Source: an uncultured delta proteobacterium
Lineage (GTDB): Bacteria > Myxococcota > Myxococcia > Myxococcales > Myxococcaceae
Assembly: GCA_963776345.1 (NCBI GenBank)
Contig: CAVZMH010000015.1
Span: 160,001 to 224,000, forward strand
Direction of reading: 5' to 3'
DNA: 64,000 bases
Shown: positions 19,430 through 30,722 of the stretch, in pieces
Layout of the letters: each line of letters begins with the position of its first letter
Position numbering within the stretch: position 1 is the stretch's first letter
Program-made: the position numbers and the translations under genes
Notes under the pieces: model-generated
Databases searched by the model: none
Told to the model about the DNA's origin: nothing
What the model saw: only the letters and a program-made list of their open reading frames with translations

Positions 19430-20533
19430 TCAGCGCCACGCAGCGCTTCCGGCGTGCGCGATGGCCCGTCGAACGGCTCGGCGAAGTCCTCCGAAGGGCA
19501 GTCGCCGGGCGGCTTCCTCGGGCACGACCCACTCGACCGCATCGTGCTCGGGTCCGGAGCGGACCTCGAGTCCGGTGGGCCAATCCACCGCGAAGGCCTC
19601 CTCCTCGACCAGCGCCGGCGGAAGCGCGTCGCCGAACGCGAAGCTGTGCCGGTAGGAGAGCGAGCGCACCGGAAGCACCGCTCCCGTCTCCTCCTCCAGC
19701 TCACGCCGCGCGGACTCCTCGGCCGACTCGCCGGGCATGCGCCGGCCGGTCACCGGCTGCCAGAAGCCTCCCCGCTCGGGGATCCGGCGCAGGAGAAGAA
19801 CCTCCGGTCCGCCGGCGACCCGGCGCACGGCGGTGACCGAGATGGTGTGCATCCGCGCGTCCTCGAACTGGACGTCCGCCTCGAGCACCGCTCCGAACGC
19901 TCGCGCGAGCGACTCCTCGACCGCGGCGACGTCCACCGGGCGCCCGAGCTCGCGCTCCATCGAGGTCACGCCCGCCTCGCGGATGCCGCACGGGACGATG
20001 AGCTGGAAGTCCTCGAGCGCGGCGTTCACGTTCAGCGCGAAGCCGTGGGTGGTGATCCACCGCGCGATGTGCACGCCGACCGCGCCAATCTTCCGCGCGT
20101 CCCCGGCCGCCTCCGACCCGAGCCACACGCCCGGCCAGCGACCGATCCGGCCCGCCTCGATGCCGTGCTCGGCCAGGGCGCGGATCATCCCCTCCTCCAC
20201 GCTCCGCACGTGCCGCCGGACGTCCTTCCGGTCCGGGGCGAGGTCGAGGATGGGGTAGCCGACGATCTGCCCCGGGCCGTGGTAGGTCACCTCGCCGCCG
20301 CGGTCGGTCTCGTGGATCTCGACTCCGCGCACCTCCAGCACCTCCGGGCTCGCCAGCACGTCCGCCCGGCTCGCCCCGCGGCCGAGCGTCAGGACCGGAG
20401 GATGCTCGAGCAGGAGCAGCACGTCCCCGACCTTCCCCTCCTTGCGCGCGCGGGCGAAGAGCGCCTGGAGCTGGAGCCCGTCCTCGTACTCCACCCGGCC
20501 CAGCCGGTGGACGGTCAGCGTCCGGCCGCTCAT
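19430..20533 (-). CDS. lipB: Octanoyltransferase LipB fused to C-terminal Nudix hydrolase (NudB-like)
   Basis: LLEHPPVLTLG, DRGGEVTYHGPGQ, KIGAVG..HGFALN, IVPCGI; then WQPVTG and Nudix box G....GES....ARRELEEETG. Confidence 0.93.
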   Translation of the reverse strand: MSGRTLTVHRLGRVEYEDGLQLQALFARARKEGKVGDVLLLLEHPPVLTLGRGASRADVLASPEVLEVRGVEIHETDRGGEVTYHGPGQIVGYPILDLAPDRKDVRRHVRSVEEGMIRALAEHGIEAGRIGRWPGVWLGSEAAGDARKIGAVGVHIARWITTHGFALNVNAALEDFQLIVPCGIREAGVTSMERELGRPVDVAAVEESLARAFGAVLEADVQFEDARMHTISVTAVRRVAGGPEVLLLRRIPERGGFWQPVTGRRMPGESAEESARRELEEETGAVLPVRSLSYRHSFAFGDALPPALVEEEAFAVDWPTGLEVRSGPEHDAVEWVVPEEAARRLPFGGLRRAVRRAIAHAGSAAWR

Positions 20534-21684
20534 CGCGACGCCCACCAGCGGAGCAGGAGCGCGTGCAGCGCGTGGGCCGCGCGCGCCGAGCGCACCGCCA
20601 GACGGAGCGCCTCCTCCAGCGCATCGGCCGGCGCGGGAGAGCCGTCCGGCGCTCGCCAGCGCTCGGCGAGCAGCCGCAGCTCGTCCCCACCGGGCGCGCG
20701 GAAGCACTCCAGCGTGAGCCCGTCGAGCACCGGCCCGGGAAGCCAGCTGCCGGCGAGGGACTCGACCTGCTCCGGAGCGTGCACCCGCCTCCCGCCGACC
20801 TCCTGCTCCGGTTCCGGCAACGTGGCGTCCAGCGCCAGCACCACCGCCCGGCTGCGCAGCATCCGCGCCAGCTGCCTCCGCGCCGCGGGCTCGAGCCGGT
20901 CCACGTCGTCGACCAGGACCGCCCCGGACTCGGGCAGCGGCTCCGTGCCGTCCCAGGCCGTTCCCAGCCCGCGCGAGGCCCAGGTCTGGAGCCAGGTGCT
21001 CTTCCCGCTTCCCGCCGCGCCCACCAGCAGCACCCGCGCATGCCCGGCGGCCAGCGCCGCCTCGATGCGCGTCACCGCCTCGAGCTGCGTCGGCAGCACC
21101 GCGGGTCCGGCCTCCGCAGCCCGGGCCCGCGCCGCCGGAGGCTCGCCCGGGTCCCCCGCGCCCGCGCGCCTCTTTCTCCGCCGAGACCGGAGTCGTCGAG
21201 GAGGTCCGGGGCGAGGCTCGACACCCACCGGCGGCGATCCGCTCGCCGGAGCCCCGGGCAGCAGCGACGCCGCGAGCTCCACGCAGGCCCGGCACACGTA
21301 GGCATGCGCCGGCCCGGCCACCAGCGCCCCCACCTCGCGCGACGGGCGGCAGCAGAAGCTGCACCAGGCCTCGAGCGCCGGGTCGGCCAGCGTCGGGGTG
21401 CGCTCGACGAGCGGGCGGTCCGCTCCTGGCAGCGTGTCGAGCTCGGCCAGCTCCGAGCGGCCGTTCACGGCGTGTCTCCCCGCGGGAGGCTCCTCCACCC
21501 CGCGCGCACCCGCCCGCGCCGCCAGGCCCAGCCGGTCCACGTGACGCCGCATCTGCGCCGCACGCGTCGTCTGTCCCGTCGCCTCGTACAGACGCGCCGC
21601 CTGCTCCAGCAGCGCGCCGGCCCGGGCGAGGTCTCCTTCTCGCTCCGCCGCCTGCGCCGACTGCAGCAGCTCCCGCGGGTTCAC
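20530..21684 (-). CDS. ClpX-type C4 zinc-finger protein with degenerate P-loop domain
   Basis: CSFC..LVAGP..YVCRAC zinc finger; Walker A GAAGSGKS; Walker B VLVDD; 4-bp overlaps with both neighbours. Confidence 0.75.
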   Translation of the reverse strand: MNPRELLQSAQAAEREGDLARAGALLEQAARLYEATGQTTRAAQMRRHVDRLGLAARAGARGVEEPPAGRHAVNGRSELAELDTLPGADRPLVERTPTLADPALEAWCSFCCRPSREVGALVAGPAHAYVCRACVELAASLLPGAPASGSPPVGVEPRPGPPRRLRSRRRKRRAGAGDPGEPPAARARAAEAGPAVLPTQLEAVTRIEAALAAGHARVLLVGAAGSGKSTWLQTWASRGLGTAWDGTEPLPESGAVLVDDVDRLEPAARRQLARMLRSRAVVLALDATLPEPEQEVGGRRVHAPEQVESLAGSWLPGPVLDGLTLECFRAPGGDELRLLAERWRAPDGSPAPADALEEALRLAVRSARAAHALHALLLRWWASR

Positions 21685-22919
21685 GCCATCTCGAGCAGGA
21701 GCGAATCGGGCTGCTCGAGCAGCTGCACCAGCGCTCCGGTCGCCTCTGCCGCCACCAGCCCGTCGATCACCCGGTGGTCGAAGGACAGAGCGACGTTCAT
21801 CATCTCGCGGACGACGATCTGGTCGTCGTCGGTCACCACCGGCCGCTTGCGGATCCGGTGCAGCCCGAGGATCGCCACCTCGGGGTAGTTGATGATCGGC
21901 AGGGCGAAGAGCCCGCCGTTGGTGCCGAGCGAGGTGATGGTGAACGTGCCCCCGCTCAGCTCGTCCATCTTCAGCTTCTTCTCCCGGGCGGCCGCCGCGA
22001 GCCGGGAGATCTCCTCGGCCAGCTGCCGCACCGTGAGCCGGTCAACGTCCTTCACCACCGGGACGGTGAGCCCCTCGTCGGTCGCCGCGGCGATCCCGAA
22101 GTTGAACGCCCCGCGCTGCACCAGCTCCTGCGCCGCGTCGTCGAAGTTGGCGTTCAACGCCGGGTACCTCCGGAACACCGCGACCAGCGCCTTGCAGACG
22201 AAGGGAAGGAAGCTGACCTTGAGGCCGTCGCCGGACTCGGCGAGCGATGCATTCAGTCGCTTGCGGAGCGAGACCAGCTCGGTCATGTCCAGCTCTTCCA
22301 CGAACAGCGAGTGCGGGGCGGTGAACTTGCTCCGCACCATCTTCTCCGCGATCTTCTTCCGCAGCCCGCGGATGGGGATTCGCTGATCGGCGCCCGCCGA
22401 GGGCAGCGGGACCAGCTTCGCCCGGGGCGGCTGCACCGGTTCGGGCGCCCGACCGATGTCCAGCGCCGCCTGCACGTCCACCTTGAGCACCCTGCCCTGC
22501 GGCCCGGTCCCGGAGATCGCCGCCAGGTCCAGCCCGTGCTCGCGGGCCATCCGGCGGGTCACCGGCGTGGCGAGGACCTTGCCGGTGGACTCGACGGCGC
22601 GGGCGGCGGGAGCGGCGCTCGAGGCGGCCGGAGCGGAGCTCGCCGCGTGCGCAGGCGCCGCGGCGGCGGGGGCAGAGCCGGACACCTCCATGGTCAGGAG
22701 GAGGTGGTGCACCTTGGCGATCTCCCCCTCCTTGCCGTGCAGGGAGACGACCTTCCCCGCGCGGGGGGCCGGGACGGTGACTGTCGCCTTGTCGGTCATC
22801 AGCTCGACGACGCCCTGGTCCTCCTCGACCGGGTCACCGGGCTTCACCAGCCATTTGACGATCTCACCCTCGACGACGCCTTCCCCGAGATCCGGAAGCT
22901 TGAACTCGAACGTGGCCAC
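21681..22919 (-). CDS. 2-oxoacid dehydrogenase E2 dihydrolipoamide acyltransferase (branched-chain/pyruvate type)
   Basis: Lipoyl domain LPDLGEG..TDKAT; E3-binding ATPVTRR..GTGPQGRV; catalytic FDHRVIDG. Confidence 0.93.
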   Translation of the reverse strand: MATFEFKLPDLGEGVVEGEIVKWLVKPGDPVEEDQGVVELMTDKATVTVPAPRAGKVVSLHGKEGEIAKVHHLLLTMEVSGSAPAAAAPAHAASSAPAASSAAPAARAVESTGKVLATPVTRRMAREHGLDLAAISGTGPQGRVLKVDVQAALDIGRAPEPVQPPRAKLVPLPSAGADQRIPIRGLRKKIAEKMVRSKFTAPHSLFVEELDMTELVSLRKRLNASLAESGDGLKVSFLPFVCKALVAVFRRYPALNANFDDAAQELVQRGAFNFGIAAATDEGLTVPVVKDVDRLTVRQLAEEISRLAAAAREKKLKMDELSGGTFTITSLGTNGGLFALPIINYPEVAILGLHRIRKRPVVTDDDQIVVREMMNVALSFDHRVIDGLVAAEATGALVQLLEQPDSLLLEMA

Positions 22920-22943
22920 GGCGTTGTCAACTCCTCGCAGGGC

Positions 22944-23864
22944 TCAGGCGTGCCGGCCCCGCTCCATGAGACCCTTCATGAAGAACTCGGCCGCGCGGTA
23001 GCTGCTGCGGACCAGGGGACCCGAGGCGACGTACAGGAAACCCATCTCCTCCGCCACCTGCCGGTACCGGGCGAAGTCCGCCGGTGGAACGAAGCGCGCC
23101 ACCCGGAGGTGGAACTGCGACGGCTGGAGGTACTGGCCCAGCGTCAGCACGTCGACCCCCGCCTCGCGCAGGTCCCCGAACGTCTGGAACAGCTCCTGGT
23201 CGGTCTCGCCCAGCCCGACCATGATCGAGCTCTTGGTGTAGAGCCGCTCCGGCCGGTCCTTGAGATAGCGCAGAACGCGCAGGCTCTGGCGGTAGCCGGC
23301 GCGCCGGTCGCGGACGGTGGGCGTGAGCCGCTCCACGGTCTCGATGTTGTGCGCGATGACGTGCGGGCGCGCCTCGGCGACGGTGGCCAGGTCCCGCTCC
23401 ACGCCCTTGAAGTCCGGGATGAGCACCTCGACCGTGGTCTTCGGGCTCTCGCGGCGGAGCGCGGTGATGGCCGCCGCGAAGTGGCTCGCCCCGCCGTCCG
23501 GCCGGTCGTCGCGGTTGACGCTGGTCACCACGATGTACTCGAGCGAGAGCGCGCGGACGGCCGACGCTAGATTTTCGGGCTCCTGCCGGTCGAGCGGCGG
23601 CGGCGCGCCCACCTTCACGTGACAGAACCGGCAGGCCCGGGTGCAGACCTCGCCCATCAGCATGACGGTCGCGGTGCCCCCACCCCAGCACTCGGCGATG
23701 TTGGGGCAGCGCGCCTCCTCGCAGACCGTGGCCAGGCCCGTCTTCCGGACGATCTGCTTGACCCGCTCGTACTCCTCCCCGTGCGGCATCCGCACCTTCA
23801 GCCACTCGGGCTTCCGGGTGCTCTCGGCGAGCTGTGGCAGCGCGAAGCGGTCGGGCGTGGCCAT
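22944..23864 (-). CDS. lipA: Lipoyl synthase
   Basis: CEEARCPNIAEC, CTRACRFC radical-SAM motif, VRSSY. Confidence 0.97.
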   Translation of the reverse strand: MATPDRFALPQLAESTRKPEWLKVRMPHGEEYERVKQIVRKTGLATVCEEARCPNIAECWGGGTATVMLMGEVCTRACRFCHVKVGAPPPLDRQEPENLASAVRALSLEYIVVTSVNRDDRPDGGASHFAAAITALRRESPKTTVEVLIPDFKGVERDLATVAEARPHVIAHNIETVERLTPTVRDRRAGYRQSLRVLRYLKDRPERLYTKSSIMVGLGETDQELFQTFGDLREAGVDVLTLGQYLQPSQFHLRVARFVPPADFARYRQVAEEMGFLYVASGPLVRSSYRAAEFFMKGLMERGRHA

Positions 23865-23920
23865 GGAGACCGTCCCCGGATTAACGGCCGGGCCGGGTGG
23901 GGGTCAAGAAACCACCTCCG

Positions 23921-25321
23921 TCAGACGTGGATCGGCGTCCCGAGGGTCATCTCCGCCCCCTCCTTCATGATCTCCGAGAGGGTCGGGTGGGCATGCATGG
24001 TCCGGCCCAACTCCTCGGTGGTGGTCTCCAGCCGGAGCGCGATGCAGGCCTCGGCCAGGAGCTCGGTGGCGTGCGGGCCGACCATGTGGACCCCGAGGAC
24101 CTCGTCGTACTTCTTCTCGCTCACCATCTTGATCATCCCGAAGCCCTCCTCGGAGATCTTGGCCTTGGTGATGGCGCTGAAGGGGAAGATGCCGATCTTC
24201 ACGTCGTAGCCGCGCTCGCGGGCCTTCTTCTCGCTCAGGCCCACCGTGGCCACCTCGGGGTAGCAGTAGGTCGCGGACGGGGTGAGGTCGTAGTTGATGG
24301 GGTGCACTTCCTTCCCGGCGATGTGCTCCACCGCCAGGACGCCCTCGGCCGAGGCCACGTGCGCCAGCATCGGCCCGGGGATGACGTCGCCGATGGCGTA
24401 AACGTTGGGCTCGGTGGTCCGCATGAAGTCGTCCACCGGGATGAAGCCCTTGTCCAGCTTGATGCTGGTCTTCTCCAGGCCCACGTCCTCGGTGACCGGC
24501 GCCCGGCCCACCGCGGAGAGGAGGATCTGCGCCTCGATGGTCTTCGGACCGGACGGCGTCTGCATCGTCACCTTCACGCCCTTGCCGCCCGGCTCGACCT
24601 TCTCCACCCGGGCGGAGAGCTCGAGGCCGATCTTTCGCCGCTTGAACGCCTTCTCCAGCTCCTTGCTCGCGTCCTCGTCCTCGATCGGGAGGAGGTGGGG
24701 CATGTACTCGACCAGCGTGGTCTCGCTGCCCACGTGGTTGAAGATCGAGGCGAACTCGCAGCCCACCGCGCCCGCGCCGAGGACGATGATGCTCTTGGGG
24801 ATCTCGGCGAGCTCGAGGATGGAGTCGGAGTTGTAGACCAGCTTGTGGTCCACCTTGACGCTGGGGAGGGACTTGGGGACCGACCCGGTGGCGATGACGA
24901 TGTTCTTCGTCTCCAGCACCTGCTTGCCGCCGCCCTCGTTGAGGGTGACCTCCACCTTGCCCTTCCCGACGATCCGGCCCTGGCCCTTCACCACCTGGAC
25001 CTTGTTCTTCTTCATCAGGAACTCGACGCCGTTGGCGCCGCTGGTGACGACCTTGGTCTTGTGCTTCATCGCCTCGGTCCAGTTGATGACCGGCGACTTG
25101 AGGTCGATGCCGAACTTGCTCGCCTCCTGGATGTGCGCCCACAGCTCGGCGGTCCAGAGCAGCGCCTTGGTGGGGATGCACCCGCGGTGAAGGCAGGTGC
25201 CACCCAGCCGCTTGTCCCGCTCGACGATGGCCGTCTTCAGGCCCAGCTGCCCGGCGCGGATCGCGGCCACGTACCCCCCGGGTCCCGAGCCGATGATCAC
25301 CACGTCCAGAATGTCAGCCAC
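23921..25321 (-). CDS. lpdA: Dihydrolipoyl dehydrogenase
   Basis: GSGPGGYVAAIR, GGTCLHRGCIPTK, HAHPTLSE; GTG start with GGAGG upstream. Confidence 0.95.
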   Translation of the reverse strand: MADILDVVIIGSGPGGYVAAIRAGQLGLKTAIVERDKRLGGTCLHRGCIPTKALLWTAELWAHIQEASKFGIDLKSPVINWTEAMKHKTKVVTSGANGVEFLMKKNKVQVVKGQGRIVGKGKVEVTLNEGGGKQVLETKNIVIATGSVPKSLPSVKVDHKLVYNSDSILELAEIPKSIIVLGAGAVGCEFASIFNHVGSETTLVEYMPHLLPIEDEDASKELEKAFKRRKIGLELSARVEKVEPGGKGVKVTMQTPSGPKTIEAQILLSAVGRAPVTEDVGLEKTSIKLDKGFIPVDDFMRTTEPNVYAIGDVIPGPMLAHVASAEGVLAVEHIAGKEVHPINYDLTPSATYCYPEVATVGLSEKKARERGYDVKIGIFPFSAITKAKISEEGFGMIKMVSEKKYDEVLGVHMVGPHATELLAEACIALRLETTTEELGRTMHAHPTLSEIMKEGAEMTLGTPIHV

Positions 25322-25400
25322 GGTGGTCCATCCTCCTTGCACCCGATGGGTGCGCGGCGGCATTAACCCTCCGTTTCCACCCGATCAAGCACAGACCGTC

Positions 25401-25631
25401 ATGGCGCCGATGCGGCCACTGCTCACTACCCCCACCACGCGATCCGGCGGCCCTCGCCGCTTCCCGCTCCGCACGCTGTTATTGATGGTGCTGGCCCTGG
25501 TGGCCTTCGCCCGGCTGTGGTGGATCACCCACCGGAGCCGGCCCGCTCCCCCGGCGGTGACCACTCCCCGGCAGCCGCACGCCCCCATTCCCGTCCGTCC
25601 CCTACCGCTACCGCCCGCGGAGCCGCGCTGA
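25401..25631 (+). CDS. Small single-pass membrane protein
   Basis: Hydrophobic LLLMVLALVAFARLWW, Pro-rich tail; TGA overlaps the thiO ATG (TGATG). Confidence 0.5.
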   Translation: MAPMRPLLTTPTTRSGGPRRFPLRTLLLMVLALVAFARLWWITHRSRPAPPAVTTPRQPHAPIPVRPLPLPPAEPR

Positions 25632-26734
25632 TGGAAGCGCTGATCGTCGGCGCGGGCGTCGTCGGGTGCGCGGTCGCCTGGAGGCTCCAGCAGGCCGGCG
25701 TCCGGTGCACGGTGCTGGAGCGGAGCATCCCCGGCGCCGAGGCCTCCAGCGCCGCCGGAGGCATCCTCGCCCCGCAGGCGGAGGCCGACGGGCCGGGGGC
25801 CTTCCTGGACCTGTGCCTGGCGAGCCGCGCGCTCTACCCGGACTTCGCCCGCGAGCTCCGGGACGCCAGCGACGTCGACGTCGGCTTCCGCCCCTGTGGC
25901 GTCCTCGAGGTCACCTTCGACGACGCAGGCACCGCCGCCATGCAGCGGCGGATCGAGTGGCAGCGCGCGCGAGGACTCGAGGCGGAGTGGCTGGAGGGGG
26001 GCGCGGCGCGTGCGCTCGAGCCCGAGCTCTCGCCCGAGGCCCACGGCTCGGCGCGCTTTCCCGGCGACGCGGTGGTGGACAACCGGCTCCTGGTCTCGGC
26101 GCTCACCATCGCCGCGGCGCGCGCCGGCTCGCGCTTCGTCACCACCCAGGTGCACGGCCTCGTCGAGCGCGGCGGCCGCGTGGCGGGCGTCTCCACGGAC
26201 CAGGGCGAGCTCCGGGGCGACGCGGTGGTGGTGGCCGCCGGAGCGTGGACCGCGCTGGTCCCGGGCGCGCTCGCCTCTCCCGTGGCGGTACGGCCGGCGC
26301 GCGGTCAGATGGTGATGGTGCGCACCCGGGTGCCGTTCTGCCGACATGTGGTGTTCGGGGCGCACGGGTACGTGGTGCCGCGCGTCGACGGGCGTCTCCT
26401 CCTGGGAAGCACCCTCGAATTCTCCGGCTTCGAGAAGCAGGTCACGGTGGCAGGCCTGTCCTCGGTTCTGGGTGTGGGACTGCGACTGTTTCCGGGGCTT
26501 GCCGGGGCACCCGTGGTAGAAACGTGGGCCGGGTTCCGGCCGCATACGCCGGATGGGTTGCCAGTGCTGGGGCCGGCGCCGCTGCCGGGCCTGTTCCTCG
26601 CCAGCGGACATTTCCGTAACGGCATTCTCCTGACGCCGATCACCGCCACCGTGCTCACCGAGACGATCCTGGGAAGACCGCTCTCCATCGATCTGACCCC
26701 GTTCCGGGTCGACCGGAAGGCGCTTACACTGTGA
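25631..26734 (+). CDS. thiO: Glycine oxidase ThiO-like FAD oxidoreductase
   Basis: IVGAGVVG, ASSAAGGILAP, RGQM, WAGFRP, GHFRNGILL. Confidence 0.85.
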   Translation: MEALIVGAGVVGCAVAWRLQQAGVRCTVLERSIPGAEASSAAGGILAPQAEADGPGAFLDLCLASRALYPDFARELRDASDVDVGFRPCGVLEVTFDDAGTAAMQRRIEWQRARGLEAEWLEGGAARALEPELSPEAHGSARFPGDAVVDNRLLVSALTIAAARAGSRFVTTQVHGLVERGGRVAGVSTDQGELRGDAVVVAAGAWTALVPGALASPVAVRPARGQMVMVRTRVPFCRHVVFGAHGYVVPRVDGRLLLGSTLEFSGFEKQVTVAGLSSVLGVGLRLFPGLAGAPVVETWAGFRPHTPDGLPVLGPAPLPGLFLASGHFRNGILLTPITATVLTETILGRPLSIDLTPFRVDRKALTL

Positions 26735-26812
26735 CATCCGTGAACGCGTTCGTGGGAGGCCCCGAGGGGGTCGACGGCGCCCCGTGGCAGTGTCGAGAGG
26801 CGGAACCGTAGG

Positions 26813-28006
26813 ATGCAACTCGTGGACAACCTGGCTGCGCCGACCCGCATCCTGATCGTCGACGATGATGCCTCCGTCCGCGATGTGATCTCCGTGCTCC
26901 TCCAGGAGGAAGGGTACGACTGCCGCACCGCCAGCTCGGCGGAGGCGGCGCTGGACGTGGCCGCCGCCGAGGCGCCGCCGCTGGTGATCAGCGACATGAA
27001 GATGCCGGGGCGCGACGGCATCTGGCTGCTGGAGGCGTTCCGCGAGCGGTACCCCGAGACCGCGGTGATCATGCTCACCGGCTACGGCGACACCGAGGCC
27101 GCGGTGGATTGCCTGCGGCGCGGCGCGGTGGACTACCTGCTCAAGCCGCCCAAGCTGACCGACCTCATCCGCGCCATCGAGCGCGCGCTGGCCAAGCGGC
27201 GCATCGAGCTGGCCCGCAAGCGGTACCAGAAGAAGCTGGAGCGCAAGGTGCGCGACCGCACCGGCGAGCTGCGGACCGCGCTGCGGAACATCCAGGGCAC
27301 CTACCAGACCACGCTCCTGGCGCTGGTCCGGGCGCTGGACGCGCGCGAGCACGAGACCAGCGACCACAGTCAGCGGGTAGTGAAGTACACCGAGGTCATC
27401 GCCGAGCGGCTGGGCCTGCGCGGCCCGGAGCTCGAGGAGATCGGCCGCGGCGCGCTGCTCCACGACATCGGGAAGATCGGCGTGCCCGACGCGGTGCTGC
27501 TCAAGCCGGCGAAGCTGACGCCGGAAGAGTGGAAGGAGATGCGGCGGCATCCGGAAATCGGCTACGACATGATCCGGAGCATCGAATTCCTCAACACCCC
27601 GGCGGCGATCGTGCTCAGCCACCAGGAGCGCTTCGACGGGAAGGGGTATCCGCGCTGCCTCCGCGGCGAGGAGATCCACATCGGCGCGCGGATCTTCGCC
27701 GTGGCCGACACGCTCGATGCGATGACCTCGGACCGGCCGTACCGGCGCGGGACGACCTTCGAGAACGCGGTGGCCGAGGTCCAGCGCTGCGCGGGCTCCC
27801 AGTTCGATCCCGAGGTGGTCCGGGCCTTCCTGGACATCGGGGTGAAGAACCTCCGGCGGATCAAGGAAGACATGGCCGCCGCCAAGGCGCGTGAGGCCGG
27901 GCAGGTCGAGCAGGACGCCCGCGACGCCGAAGAAGCGCTCGATCGCGCGCTGAACGACTCGGTCGACGCCGACGTCGCCGCGCGCATCGCGCAGGGACAG
28001 CGCTAG
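26813..28006 (+). CDS. Response regulator with HD-GYP cyclic-dinucleotide phosphodiesterase domain
   Basis: REC domain (IVDD, SDMKMPG, KP); HSQRV, LHDIGK, HQERFDGKGYP, DAMTSDRPY. Confidence 0.92.
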   Translation: MQLVDNLAAPTRILIVDDDASVRDVISVLLQEEGYDCRTASSAEAALDVAAAEAPPLVISDMKMPGRDGIWLLEAFRERYPETAVIMLTGYGDTEAAVDCLRRGAVDYLLKPPKLTDLIRAIERALAKRRIELARKRYQKKLERKVRDRTGELRTALRNIQGTYQTTLLALVRALDAREHETSDHSQRVVKYTEVIAERLGLRGPELEEIGRGALLHDIGKIGVPDAVLLKPAKLTPEEWKEMRRHPEIGYDMIRSIEFLNTPAAIVLSHQERFDGKGYPRCLRGEEIHIGARIFAVADTLDAMTSDRPYRRGTTFENAVAEVQRCAGSQFDPEVVRAFLDIGVKNLRRIKEDMAAAKAREAGQVEQDARDAEEALDRALNDSVDADVAARIAQGQR

Positions 28007-28105
28007 GTCAGGGCGGCCGCAGTCGAGGTCCAGGTCAGCGTGTCGTCAGGCGGGCGATCGTCGGCGAGGTCAGGGCGGCCGCGCCTACAGGTTTCCAGTC
28101 GGCGC

Positions 28106-30089
<1,984 letters not shown>

Positions 30090-30183
30090 CGACGGCGAAG
30101 GACACTACACGAGCCGGGCGCCGCCGGGGGACCGCGGCGCGCGACGCCGTTCGATGCGCGACGGCGCTCGCGTCCGTCCTTCC

Positions 30184-30626
30184 ATGCCCACCCCGGTCCG
30201 CTTCGTCCTCGTCCACCCGCGCACGCCGGAGAACCTGGGCGCCGCCCGGGCGCTGAAGAACTTCGGCCAGCAGGAGTGGACCTGGGTTCGCCCTCCGTGT
30301 GCCATGCCCTCTCCCGCATCCCAACGGACGCCCGCCAGCCGTCGCTCAACCTGGCCCAGGCCATCTGCGTCTACGCCTTCGCGCTCTCTCGCGGACCGCC
30401 CCGGCGCGTCGGGTCCGGGCCCCGGCCGAGCACCGACGCCGAGCTGCGCCGACTCGAGCGCGTGCTCGACGGCGTTCTGCGGACCGCCGGATTCGTCCAT
30501 CCGGGTCGGGCCGGGGTGGAGCCTCTGGTAGCACCGTGGCGCCGGGGTGGGCTGACCCGGACGGAGGCAAGACTCTGGGAGGGGGCCATCCGGACGCTTG
30601 CTCGGTCGCTAGACAAAGCCCAGTGA
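30184..30626 (+). pseudogene. trmJ: TrmJ/TrmH-family RNA methyltransferase with internal deletion and frameshift
   Basis: N-part VRFVLVHPRTPENLGAARALKNFG joins out of frame near 30295 to the C-part CHALSRIP..PSLNLAQAICVY; the central FGxExxGL SPOUT motif is absent. Confidence 0.75.
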
Positions 30627-30722
30627 TGACAGGCACTTGACCCATTCCACAGGGTTGCCGATCGGGAGTCTGGGGTCGGGAAGCGGACCACCGGCCGGTC
30701 TGGTTAAGGTGGCTCCCCTCCC

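Noticed and set aside
20530..21684. Calling this gene clpX
   Set aside because: ATPase region is truncated, lacks ClpX-specific loops, and there is no adjacent clpP
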